The notes under the pieces are model-generated. The model had not been told where the DNA came from. It did no database searches and saw nothing but the letters and a program-made list of their open reading frames with translations. A stretch of DNA of 64,000 nucleotides from Cloacimonetes bacterium UBA3541 (GTDB lineage Bacteria; Cloacimonadota; Cloacimonadia; Cloacimonadales; Cloacimonadaceae): NCBI GenBank assembly GCA_002376725.1, contig DFOM01000059.1, positions 25,113-89,112 of the forward strand, written 5' to 3'. Below, piece by piece: positions 27,253-36,510 of this stretch (positions are counted from its first letter, which is position 1; every line of letters begins with the position of its first letter). The position numbers and the translations under genes are program-made.

Positions 27253-29142
27253 ATGCCTGAAAAAGAATATAAACCAACTGAGGAACTTGAAGCAAAAGAA
27301 GGGTATGTAAAGGATTTTTTAACTAACCGATTAATCCGCTCTACCCCGGAGGAACAAGTTAGGCAAATTATGTTGATGAGATTGGTACAAGAATACGAAT
27401 ATCCTATAGAATGTATAAAAACAGAGTTTGAAATACAAAAAGGAAGTAAAAGAATTGGTCCCGCAGATATTGTAGTTTTTAAAGATGCAAAAAGCAAAGA
27501 CCAGGAGAATATTTGGATTATTGTAGAAACCAAACGCAAAGAACGTTCTGACGGTATTGAACAATTAAAAAGTTATTTGGCTCCCTGCCTCAACGCTAAG
27601 TTTGGGATATGGTTTAATGGTAATAATATTGCCTATATTGAAGTAGTTAGAAACAGGGATAAATTTGAATTCAAAGATGTTCTTAGAATACCTAAATGTG
27701 GGGAAACTACAATTCATCTTCCAGAAAAGAAAGATTTAAAACCAGCACCAGAATTAAAAAGCATTTTTGAAACATGTCATAATTATATTTATGCAAATGA
27801 AGGATTGCTTAAGGAAAAAGTTTTTAATGAAGTTTTAAAACTTATTTTTATAAAAATGGTTGATGAAAAAAGAAGTTCTGCAAAATGTGAATTTGGAATA
27901 ACATCAGAAGAGGAAGAAGAAATAAAAGAGGGTAAGTCAAGTGTTTTTACAGAAAGAATTATAAATCTTTTTAAAGAAGTAAAGTCAATGTATAGTGATG
28001 TCTTTGAACAGAATGAAAGGATAAATTTAAAGCCAATTACTCTTGCCTTTGTTGTAAGCCAACTTCAAGAATATAGCCTTATAGAAACAAAAGCAGATGT
28101 TAAAGGGACTGCCTTTCAGACATTTGTCTCTGCTCACCAAAGGGGAGAGCGAGGTGAATTCTTTACTCCACACCCCATAGTTGAATTAGCTGTTGAAATG
28201 CTTGACCCAAAAGATAATGAAAAATTTATTGACCCTGCATGTGGCTCAGGAGGTTTTCTTGTTAATGGGATGAACTATGTTAAGGAAAAATTTATCAAGG
28301 AAAGACCTGACAAAAAATCTAAAGCAAACGAAATCCTCAAAGAATATACTCATTTTCATATATCAGGTATAGATATTAATCCAGATTTATCAAAGGTCGC
28401 CAAGATGCATATGATTTTATACGATGATGGGCATACAGGAATATTTTCTGCAAACAGTCTTTCATCATTTGAAGAACTAATGGACTTGGCGTCAAGGGCA
28501 CGAGTTCCACTTTCTCTTACTCCTTCGCCTAATGCTTTTGATGTTTTGATGACAAATCCTCCTTTTGGAAGTAAAGGCAAGGTAACAGATAAAAGAATCT
28601 TAAAGCAGTTTGAACTTGGTTATAAATGGAGACAAGACAAAACCACTGGAAAATGGATAAAAACAGATGAACTACAAAATGGACAAGTCCCAGATATTTT
28701 GTTCATTGAAAGGTGTCTGCAACTTCTCAAAGATGGTGGTAGGATGGCAATCGTCTTACCAGATGGTAATCTAAATAATTCATCTTTAGGTTATGTTAGG
28801 GAATTTATACAGCAGAATGCAAGGATTTTAGCAGTTGTTTCAATGCCTGTTGGAACTTTTATGCAAGCAGGAGTAAACCCCAAGACAAGCGTTTTATTCT
28901 TACAAAAACTCAATGAAGAAAAATTAAATGAACTCAAAAAAGCTAATTATCCAATTTTTATGGCAGTAGTTGAAAAGATTGGCTATGACTTAAATTCAAA
29001 AACACCAAAAGTTATGTATAAGAAAGATGAAAAAGGAGAGGTTCTAAAAGATGATGATGGCGAGCCAATTATAGATACAGATATTCCAAAAATTATTGAG
29101 GCATTTAAAGACTTTAAAAGAAAATATCAATTAGGATTTTAA
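27253..29142 (+). CDS. N6-adenine DNA methyltransferase (HsdM/gamma class) with N-terminal HSDR_N-type PD-(D/E)xK module; BcgI-A-like
   Basis: N-terminus: PEEQVRQIMLMRLVQEYEYP...IGPADIVVF...IWIIVETKRK. MTase motifs: EFFTPHPIVELAVEMLDP (X), FIDPACGSGGFLV (I), VLMTNPPFGSKG (IV). Confidence 0.85.
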   Translation: MPEKEYKPTEELEAKEGYVKDFLTNRLIRSTPEEQVRQIMLMRLVQEYEYPIECIKTEFEIQKGSKRIGPADIVVFKDAKSKDQENIWIIVETKRKERSDGIEQLKSYLAPCLNAKFGIWFNGNNIAYIEVVRNRDKFEFKDVLRIPKCGETTIHLPEKKDLKPAPELKSIFETCHNYIYANEGLLKEKVFNEVLKLIFIKMVDEKRSSAKCEFGITSEEEEEIKEGKSSVFTERIINLFKEVKSMYSDVFEQNERINLKPITLAFVVSQLQEYSLIETKADVKGTAFQTFVSAHQRGERGEFFTPHPIVELAVEMLDPKDNEKFIDPACGSGGFLVNGMNYVKEKFIKERPDKKSKANEILKEYTHFHISGIDINPDLSKVAKMHMILYDDGHTGIFSANSLSSFEELMDLASRARVPLSLTPSPNAFDVLMTNPPFGSKGKVTDKRILKQFELGYKWRQDKTTGKWIKTDELQNGQVPDILFIERCLQLLKDGGRMAIVLPDGNLNNSSLGYVREFIQQNARILAVVSMPVGTFMQAGVNPKTSVLFLQKLNEEKLNELKKANYPIFMAVVEKIGYDLNSKTPKVMYKKDEKGEVLKDDDGEPIIDTDIPKIIEAFKDFKRKYQLGF

Positions 29143-29143
29143 G

Positions 29144-30250
29144 ATGGAGAATAAAAAAATAACCACTAGAAATTATACAAGCCTGCTTGATAGAATTGCA
29201 GAAATTTTAGTAGAGGGAAGAACAAAGGTAGTGCGAGAAATAAACAGGGCTCAAGTATTAACTTACTGGGAGATTGGAAGAGAAATTGTTGAGTTTGAAC
29301 AGAAAGGTAAGGCAAGAGCAAAATACGGAAAAGAACTTATTGCAAAATTAGCAAAAGATATGACACAAAAATTTGGTAGAGGATTTTCGGAGAGAAACTT
29401 GTGGAATATGAGAGCTTTTTATCTCAATTTTCCAATTCCGCAGACACTGTCTGCAGAATTTTTAGAAGGTAAAAAATCCGAGACACTGTCTAGTAAATCT
29501 TTAATTAGTCAGACTTCGTCTGACCAATTTGAACCTATGTTATCCTGGTCTCATTACTGCGAATTGCTAAAAGTAGAAGAACTTCTTGCCCGTTCTTTTT
29601 ATGAACAAGAAGCAATCCAGAATAACTGGTCTGTGAGAGAATTAAAAAGGCAAATTAACTCAATGCTTTTTGAAAGAATTGCTTTAAGTAAGGATACAAA
29701 TGCAGTAATGGAAATGGCTAAAAAAGGACAGATTGTAGAAAAACCAGAAGATGCAATTAAAGATCCATACATCCTTGAGTTTCTTAATCTTAAAGAAGAG
29801 ACATCTTATACTGAATCTCAACTTGAGCAAGCACTCATTGATAAACTCCAATATTTCTTATTAGAACTTGGTAAAGGTTTTACTTTTGTTGCCCGTCAGA
29901 AAAGAATTACGATTGCGAATCGTCATTATTATGTGGATTTGGTTTTCTATAATCGGCTGTTAAAGTGTTTTGTTTTAATTGATTTGAAAACAGACGAACT
30001 TGACCATTCAGATATTGGTCAGATGAATTTCTACCTGAACTATTTCAAAGAGAATGAAAAACAAGCAGATGAAAACGATCCAATTGGGCTTATACTCTGT
30101 GCAATGAAAGACGATATTTTTGCAAAGTATGTTTTAGGTGGATTAAACAATAAAGTTTTCGCTTCAAAATATAAATTAGCACTACCATCAGAAGAAGAGC
30201 TATGCCTCAAGCTTAAATCAATACCAAAAATATTGGAGGAAAAGAAATGA
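29144..30250 (+). CDS. DUF1016/YhcG-family PD-(D/E)xK nuclease-domain protein (copy 2), inserted between the M and S genes
   Basis: VLTYWEIGREIVEFEQ...GFSERNLWNMRAFY and HYYVDLVFYNRLLKCFVLIDLKTDELDHSDIGQMNFY. Same architecture as 18954-20087. Confidence 0.85.
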   Translation: MENKKITTRNYTSLLDRIAEILVEGRTKVVREINRAQVLTYWEIGREIVEFEQKGKARAKYGKELIAKLAKDMTQKFGRGFSERNLWNMRAFYLNFPIPQTLSAEFLEGKKSETLSSKSLISQTSSDQFEPMLSWSHYCELLKVEELLARSFYEQEAIQNNWSVRELKRQINSMLFERIALSKDTNAVMEMAKKGQIVEKPEDAIKDPYILEFLNLKEETSYTESQLEQALIDKLQYFLLELGKGFTFVARQKRITIANRHYYVDLVFYNRLLKCFVLIDLKTDELDHSDIGQMNFYLNYFKENEKQADENDPIGLILCAMKDDIFAKYVLGGLNNKVFASKYKLALPSEEELCLKLKSIPKILEEKK

Positions 30251-31623
30251 TTATTTCAGAAATAAGATATAATCAGGCAATTAAAAGGTTGAGATTTGAT
30301 GCTGAGTTTTATAACCCTTTCAAACTTGAGTCGATGCGAACATTAAATGCAATTACTAGTAATACAATAGGGGAGAAATTTAATTCAATTAGAGATGTAT
30401 TTGATCCAAATAAATATTACCAAAAGAATGAAACTGCTAATATTGTTGAACTTGCTGATATATCCAATAAATTTGTGTCAAACAAACGGACATGTAAAAT
30501 TTACGAAGTCGGTAGCCAGAAGAAAAAATTTAACAAGAATGACGTGTTAATATCAAGACTACGCTCTTACCTTGAAGAAATTTTTTATGCTATAGATTTT
30601 CCAGAAAATAAAATAAACTTGTGTTCAACCGAATTTATTGTTTTACGAAGGAAGGAAAAAGAAAATGTCACACCTGAGTTTCTGTATATACTGCTTCAAA
30701 CATCATTTATACAGGAGATTTTAAAATGGAGTCAAGATGGAACAAATCACCCACGATTTGACGAAGATTACTTATTAGACTTACCATTTCCTATACCTTC
30801 TATCGTTTTCCAGCAAAAAATAGAATTAATTGTTAAAGAAGCATATAAAAAGCGAAAAGAAGCAGATGAAAAATATAAACAGGCAGAAGTTTTGTTGAAT
30901 AAAGCATTAGGGATTGAAAAATTAGAATTAAAAGATGAAAAGATTTTTGAAACAGGATTTGATGAAGTTGAAAGTGTATTGCGTTTTGATGCAGAGCATT
31001 ATCAACCAAAATATAAGGAAGTGAGAAAATTTATCGGCACGGCAGGATATGAAGTTAGAAAACTAAGAGATGCTGTTGAAATCTCCGATAATAAGATAAG
31101 TCCTTTATCTAAACCCACTGAATTATTTAGTTATATTGAACTTGCTAACATAAATTCCTCCACTGGTGAAATAGAAGAAGTCAATCAAATAAAAGGATAT
31201 AATGCACCAAGCCGGGCAAGGATGCTTGTGAGAAAAGGGGATGTATTAGTTTCTTCGCTTCTGGGATCTCTTGATAATATTGGTTTGGTTCCCGAAAAAT
31301 TAGATGGTTCAATAGCAAGCACTGGATTTTTTGTGATAAGGTCTAAATTTTTCTTGCCTGAATTTTTATTTTTACTATTCAAGTCAAACTTGATGAGATT
31401 GCAACTTGAAGAAAAAACAGCAGGAGCAATCATGAGTGCAGTCCCAAAAAATACTTTTGGCGATTTGCTTGTTCCTATGATTCCTGAAGAAACACAAAAA
31501 CAAATCTCAAACCTTATCAGACAATCATTTTCTCTTCGCAAAGAATCAAAAGAACTTTTAGAAAAGGCAAAAAAAGAAGTTGAAGAATTTATTGAGAAAA
31601 ATACTAATTACAACCGCCCCTGA
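30247..31623 (+). CDS. hsdS: Restriction-modification specificity (S) subunit with two target-recognition halves
   Basis: Two half-repeats, each beginning LRFDAEFYNPFK / LRFDAEHYQPKYK, followed by variable TRD sequence and helical spacers (KEADEKYKQAEVLLNKAL, KESKELLEKAKKEVEEFI). Confidence 0.88.
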   Translation: MIISEIRYNQAIKRLRFDAEFYNPFKLESMRTLNAITSNTIGEKFNSIRDVFDPNKYYQKNETANIVELADISNKFVSNKRTCKIYEVGSQKKKFNKNDVLISRLRSYLEEIFYAIDFPENKINLCSTEFIVLRRKEKENVTPEFLYILLQTSFIQEILKWSQDGTNHPRFDEDYLLDLPFPIPSIVFQQKIELIVKEAYKKRKEADEKYKQAEVLLNKALGIEKLELKDEKIFETGFDEVESVLRFDAEHYQPKYKEVRKFIGTAGYEVRKLRDAVEISDNKISPLSKPTELFSYIELANINSSTGEIEEVNQIKGYNAPSRARMLVRKGDVLVSSLLGSLDNIGLVPEKLDGSIASTGFFVIRSKFFLPEFLFLLFKSNLMRLQLEEKTAGAIMSAVPKNTFGDLLVPMIPEETQKQISNLIRQSFSLRKESKELLEKAKKEVEEFIEKNTNYNRP

Positions 31624-31966
31624 ACAGCGATTTTTTAGAGAAGGGATAATACATTAACATATCATATTCATCGTCATTAAGCGATATAACATACAAACTA
31701 TTAATAAGGTTAATAAAAGCTACAAAAGTCTTAGAACGAGATTATAGATATTTTCTGGTAATAGTTAACATAGAAGAACAAGATATCCTAGTCTCGTAAA
31801 GCCAATAAGCTTTGTTTTCTTCATAAGATAGCAAAAACAATAAATTTTATATCACACCATACTTTAAAATAAAATGCTTCTTCAAAGATTCATAGATGAA
31901 GACATCTATGACCCTTTTTGGAAAGTGTCACATATATTGGTAGATAACGAACTACTGGTTCAGTTA

Positions 31967-32280
31967 ATGAAAGCTTCTCCGAAGCTTGGAACGATGAGGA
32001 CATCGTTCCACCACTGGTTTTCTCTCTTGCAAAGCCGTCAGGTTTTGGTCTTCTTAAAAGGTGGATATAACTATAAAATCTGTCTTACACATCACTTATA
32101 AATGAAAGCTCCTCCGGAGCTTGAAACGATGAGGACATCGTTCCACCATTAGTTCCCATCTTGCAAAGCCGTCAGGTTTTGGTCTTCTTAAAAGGTGGAT
32201 ATAACTATAAAATCTATCTTACACATCACTTATAAATGAAAGCTCCTGCAGAGCTTGAAACGATGAGGACATCGTTTCAC
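31967..32280. repeat. 134-135-bp direct repeat, 2.3 copies, each starting with two adjacent hairpins
   Basis: Units start at 31967, 32102 and 32236, each with ATGAAAGCT. Hairpin 1 is AAGCTTC-tcc-GAAGCTT. Hairpin 2 is GGAACGATG-agga-CATCGTTCC. The last, truncated copy abuts the stop codon of the minus-strand SagB-type gene. Confidence 0.9.
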
Positions 32281-33174
32281 CTATTTTTTCCCTACCGCAG
32301 CAATGTATATTACGAACTCTTCTTTCCCATCTATGCCCAAACAATGGTTCATTGCTTCATCCACAAAAGCTCCTATCATACAGGCACCAGCTTGAATAGC
32401 TTCAGCGGCAAGATGGACATTTTGTCCTATATGTCCAACATCAACATAGAGATAGCGATAAGCTCTTTGCTGATATCTCCAGCTGGCACGATAAGGAACG
32501 GCAGTAAAGATAAAAGTTACAGCATCCTCTATAACCATTGATTGTTCCAGGCAAGCTTGATAAATTTCCTGGGTTATTTCAGATGTGGTATTGATTTTAA
32601 TCAGAGTATGTTCCAGTGGATGATAATAATAAAGTCCTGGTTGCACACTTTCAACTTTATTGATGAGCAGGTAACATTCCATTGGATGACGGCTTCCTGC
32701 AGAAGGGACATTGCGTCTTGTAAACTCATTATATATAGTGCTATGGTATTCTTTCACCCAGCAGGTTGCCCATAACATAAAGGAAAGTTCCTGAAGAAAA
32801 AGAGGTTTATTAGAGTATTTTCTCAGACTTTTTCTCTGATTAATAGCTTGAGCAAGTGTAATTTCTGGCATAGTTAAACTATCTGGAGCTGGAAGTACAA
32901 TTTTTTCTCCGGTTCTTGCTTTTATTGCAGGAGGATGAGGCAAACCCTTTTGCTGGTCACTGATATCTTCATAGAGATAGCTGGTTAATCGGACAAAATC
33001 CGGTCCGATAGTTTTTGCTCTATCTCTTTCTTGTAAAATCTGTTGCAATGTTTCGGACAAACTTTCTTCCATCTCTTGATATTCTTCTTCTGTAAGAGCA
33101 AGTTCTTTCATTATCTCTTTTTTAGTAGATCCGTGGACTTTACCATAGAGAAAGCTGAAGCTTTTCAAATCCAT
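32281..33174 (-). CDS. SagB/ThcOx-type nitroreductase-family dehydrogenase
   Basis: RKSLRKYSNKPL, RRNVPSAGSRHPMECYLL, PGLYYYHPLEHTL and C-terminal GACMIGAFVDEAMN. Confidence 0.8.
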   Translation of the reverse strand: MDLKSFSFLYGKVHGSTKKEIMKELALTEEEYQEMEESLSETLQQILQERDRAKTIGPDFVRLTSYLYEDISDQQKGLPHPPAIKARTGEKIVLPAPDSLTMPEITLAQAINQRKSLRKYSNKPLFLQELSFMLWATCWVKEYHSTIYNEFTRRNVPSAGSRHPMECYLLINKVESVQPGLYYYHPLEHTLIKINTTSEITQEIYQACLEQSMVIEDAVTFIFTAVPYRASWRYQQRAYRYLYVDVGHIGQNVHLAAEAIQAGACMIGAFVDEAMNHCLGIDGKEEFVIYIAAVGKK

Positions 33175-33189
33175 TGTTACTCCTTTATT

Positions 33190-34284
33190 TCAATCTCCCA
33201 GACAGATTCCTAAACCACGAGCAGTATGCACCAGATCGGAATCTGGGCTAATATAATTATATTCTTTTATAGCATCTATAATTGGCACAGCAACGATATT
33301 GGGATGTCTATAAGAAACCATATATCCCCATTTTTCTTCCAGAACCAGCTCAAAAGCTCTAACTCCAAATTGAGAGGCAAGAATGCGGTCAAAAGCATTA
33401 GGACGACCACCTCGTTGTAGATGACCAAGTATGGATGTCCTGATTTCAATCTCACAACCTGCTTCTTTCAATTCTTGTTCCAGCCTTAATCCTGCACCAT
33501 AAAGTCTTTTCATTCCAGCAGGTTCCTGTTCATCAAGATAACTTAAAGAGCCACCTTTCGGTTTTGCTCCTTCTGCAATGACGATATTGGCAAACTCTTT
33601 CCCGGAAGCTATGCGACGATTCAGTGATTCTATTACTGAATGTATATCATAATCAATCTCTGGAATAAGGCAGACTTCTGCCCCACCAGCAATAGCAGAA
33701 TGAAGAGCAATCCAGCCAGCATAGCGTCCCATAACTTCTAAAATAAGGATTCTGTGGTGACTGGCTGCGGTTGTCACAAGTTTATCTACTGCATCAGTGG
33801 CAATATCTACCGCGGTTTGAAAGCCAAAGGTAAAATCTGTTGCAGAAAGGTCATTATCAATAGTTTTGGGCACTCCGATAATATGACAACCCAGTTCAAA
33901 CAATCCTTGAGAGATTTTTTGCGAGCCATCACCTCCAATATTGATAATAGCTTCTATATTTTGATTACGGATTCTTTCCATAAAATCAGCGGAACGGTCT
34001 ATTACTGTCCAGGTTCCATCGGGATTTTTAACGGGCCAGGAAAAAGGACCACCTCTGTTAGTAGTTCCAAGAATAGTCCCACCTTGAATATGAATTCCAG
34101 CAACTTTTTCTGGTGTTAGTTCTACCAGATGGATAGGGTCCAGCAGAATGCCATTGAAAGCATCAATACTTCCCAGGATTTCCCATTCCGGTTCCTTTTG
34201 TGCTCTTTTAACGATAGCACGGATAACCGCATTCAATCCGGGACAATCCCCTCCTCCAGTAGCAATTAAAAGTCTTTTCTTCAT
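33190..34284 (-). CDS. pfkA: 6-phosphofructokinase
   Basis: GGGDCPGLNAVIRA, IGGDGSQ, GVPKTIDNDL, EVMGRYAGW, LGHLQRGG. Confidence 0.92.
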   Translation of the reverse strand: MKKRLLIATGGGDCPGLNAVIRAIVKRAQKEPEWEILGSIDAFNGILLDPIHLVELTPEKVAGIHIQGGTILGTTNRGGPFSWPVKNPDGTWTVIDRSADFMERIRNQNIEAIINIGGDGSQKISQGLFELGCHIIGVPKTIDNDLSATDFTFGFQTAVDIATDAVDKLVTTAASHHRILILEVMGRYAGWIALHSAIAGGAEVCLIPEIDYDIHSVIESLNRRIASGKEFANIVIAEGAKPKGGSLSYLDEQEPAGMKRLYGAGLRLEQELKEAGCEIEIRTSILGHLQRGGRPNAFDRILASQFGVRAFELVLEEKWGYMVSYRHPNIVAVPIIDAIKEYNYISPDSDLVHTARGLGICLGD

Positions 34285-35447
34285 TGTATATCTCCAAAAT
34301 TATATTCTCTGAGGATACGCTGACAGACCTGTTCATTAACCGTTAAAATCTCCTCCAGCGAGGGTTCTGGCTCATTTATACTGTTCTGTACTGCTTCCTG
34401 ACAAATCCGATATATATCAGCATATCTAATTACCCCAGCCTGAAATAAACGCAAAGCAGCTTCATTAGCACTATTAAGCACCGTCGGTAAAATGCCTCCC
34501 GCATAAGCCACCTGTAAACCTAGAACAAAAAGAGGATAGCGTTCTGTGGGAATGGGAGAAAACTCCAGCTTTCCCAGATGCTTCAAATCGGTCTGCACTA
34601 ATTTTGAGGGTAAACGCTCTGGATAGGATAAAGCATAGAGAATAGGCAATTTCATATCCGGTTGACTCATTTGAGCAAAAATCGCACCATCAATGAATTC
34701 AACCAGTGAATGCACCACGGATTGAGGATGCAGCACGCAATCTATCTGCTCAAAATCCAGATTAAAAAGCCAATGCGCTTCCATAACTTCCAATGCTTTA
34801 TTGAACATCGTTGCAGAATCAAGCGTAACTTTCGTCCCCATAGACCAATTAGGATGTTGCAATGCCCTTTCTAAGGTTATGTTTTCCAGCTCATTTAAAG
34901 GGATATCTCTAAGAGCACCTCCTGAAGCTGTTAAATAAACTTTTTTTATTTCATTATGTGGATGCCCCTCTATTAATTGAAAAATTGCACTATGTTCACT
35001 ATCCACTGGCAAAATTTTACTCCCTTGTGACTTTATGAGTGGCATCAAAAGATGTCCTGCCATAGCCAGTGATTCTTTATTTGCCAGAGCCAGATTTTTC
35101 CCGCGTTGAGCAATGGCAAAACTGCTTTTCAAACCTGCAGAACCGCTGATAGCATTCAAAGCAAGGTCATAATCCTCATTCTTTAGCAAATTTAGTAGCT
35201 CTGATATGCCAAAATATATATTTATATCAGGATATTGATTTCTGATAAATACTTGCTGAACAGTATCTTCTATACCAGTGAGAACAAGCTGAGGTATGGA
35301 TAGTTCACAAGCTATTTCGCAGAGCTTATGCCAGTTTAGATGAGCAGAAGCAAGGGAGATAGCAAAATGTTCAACTTGCTCTTTTACTACTTCAATTGTG
35401 GAAGAGCCGACGGAACCTGTTGCTCCAAGCAGAGCAAGTTTTACCAT
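34281..35447 (-). CDS. dxr: 1-deoxy-D-xylulose-5-phosphate reductoisomerase
   Basis: LLGATGSVGSSTIEVV, LANKESL, PVDSEHSAIFQ, NKALEVMEAHWLF. Confidence 0.93.
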   Translation of the reverse strand: MVKLALLGATGSVGSSTIEVVKEQVEHFAISLASAHLNWHKLCEIACELSIPQLVLTGIEDTVQQVFIRNQYPDINIYFGISELLNLLKNEDYDLALNAISGSAGLKSSFAIAQRGKNLALANKESLAMAGHLLMPLIKSQGSKILPVDSEHSAIFQLIEGHPHNEIKKVYLTASGGALRDIPLNELENITLERALQHPNWSMGTKVTLDSATMFNKALEVMEAHWLFNLDFEQIDCVLHPQSVVHSLVEFIDGAIFAQMSQPDMKLPILYALSYPERLPSKLVQTDLKHLGKLEFSPIPTERYPLFVLGLQVAYAGGILPTVLNSANEAALRLFQAGVIRYADIYRICQEAVQNSINEPEPSLEEILTVNEQVCQRILREYNFGDIQ

Positions 35448-36394
35448 TTATAGTTCAGGCTCAACCTTTGAGAGGAACCCAAGGCATCAGGTGAGCCATT
35501 AACCCAGGCATAGTCAATTCCGATATTTTTATAGTTAATTCCCAGGCCTGCGGTAAAGCAATCAATATCCCATCCTGTCATAATTTTCAGTGCTGGAATA
35601 GGTTGAGCCATCATTCCGAAATGAAAATCAGCACTTATGGGTCCAGCTGATACTGTGGAAGCATCACCTCTGTCTTCAGCATAAATTTGAGTGCGTAATG
35701 CCGTGTGGAAAGGAATCTTATGCGTAAAAAGAGAGAAATCATAACCCGCTTCCAGATCCAGATTGGGCAAAGCTATCTCATAGGTTCCATTTTCCCATAT
35801 AACCTGAGTGGAAAAGCAATCCCTGAGGTTAACTCCGATTTTAAAACCATTTAAAGGTTCCCAGAGCATTCCCAGATCTGCTCCAATGCCAAAACCATTA
35901 TTTTCTGCTAAACTGCGATATGCCAGCTTAGGACTCAGTCCTAAATGCAGATTATTTTTAATAGAGCGTCCCAGACCAAGAGAGAGGATAAAATCATTAT
36001 TACTAACTGTTTTCCATATTTGCGGGCGATTATCATTACTTAACTCCTCATCCGGATTTTCCAGTTCCGTAAGTTTTATCTTATCTATTCCCAAATGATT
36101 AAGTTGCAAAGAAGTTCGGGTTTGGGAACCAAATATAACAGAAAACTGGTTTTGTTGCATCAACCCTTCAAAATGCTCCACTCTCATCACTTCAACCCCA
36201 TTTTCTTCAGCTAGAGCAAGTAGAGCTGGATTCCACCATCCTTCAGCTAATGATGAGCTATAAGTCAGACCAGTATTCCCCATAGCTTGATTTTGCACTC
36301 CGGGACTAATCTGGAATATCTCACCAGCATATTTGGTTGCATTTAGAGACATCATAGCTGCCATAAATAGCATTATTATAATGAGCTTCTTCAT
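35441..36394 (-). CDS. Outer-membrane beta-barrel protein, PorV/PorQ-like (possibly T9SS-associated)
   Basis: Signal peptide, then KYAGEIFQISPGVQNQAMGNTGL...WWNPALLA, which resembles the PorV/PorQ N-terminal signature. Alternating beta-strand pattern ending in LSLNYKW. Confidence 0.45.
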   Translation of the reverse strand: MKKLIIIMLFMAAMMSLNATKYAGEIFQISPGVQNQAMGNTGLTYSSSLAEGWWNPALLALAEENGVEVMRVEHFEGLMQQNQFSVIFGSQTRTSLQLNHLGIDKIKLTELENPDEELSNDNRPQIWKTVSNNDFILSLGLGRSIKNNLHLGLSPKLAYRSLAENNGFGIGADLGMLWEPLNGFKIGVNLRDCFSTQVIWENGTYEIALPNLDLEAGYDFSLFTHKIPFHTALRTQIYAEDRGDASTVSAGPISADFHFGMMAQPIPALKIMTGWDIDCFTAGLGINYKNIGIDYAWVNGSPDALGSSQRLSLNYKW

Positions 36395-36510
36395 AATTTT
36401 ACTCTAAAAGTCAATCTCTAAAAAGAAAGAAATTAGTAAAGCTTTTTTATGTTACCCTGAAAATAAAAATAGATTCAGCGATAATAGAGGAATTATCCCG
36501 TAAAAATACT

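Larger units (their letters stand above)
18065..32280. other. Defence island inserted 3' of tRNA-Asn (no integrase or transposase visible)
   Basis: An uninterrupted + strand block of RM/defence-type genes sits between tRNA-Asn and the convergent housekeeping operon. It is visibly more A/T-rich than the flanks. An ~890-bp non-coding leader lies at the left edge and a 135-bp repeat array at the right. Confidence 0.6.

Noticed and set aside
18065-31966. Integrative element / prophage remnant at tRNA-Asn
   Set aside because: I found no integrase, excisionase, transposase or phage structural gene, and no direct repeat of the tRNA 3' end. It is therefore described only as a defence island.
31967-32280. 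Possible CRISPR array (regularly spaced hairpin-forming repeats)
   Set aside because: The sequence between the hairpins is conserved between copies, so these are whole 135-bp units and not repeat plus unique spacer. There are only 2.3 copies and no cas genes in the window.
31874-32541. Track ORFs 31874-32101 (+) and 32236-32541 (+), which begin with MKA(S/P)P.L.TMRTSFH
   Set aside because: They start inside the 135-bp repeat. The second repeat copy hits a stop after 16 codons in the same frame, so the peptide is not conserved. The 32236 ORF is antisense to the well-supported SagB-type gene.
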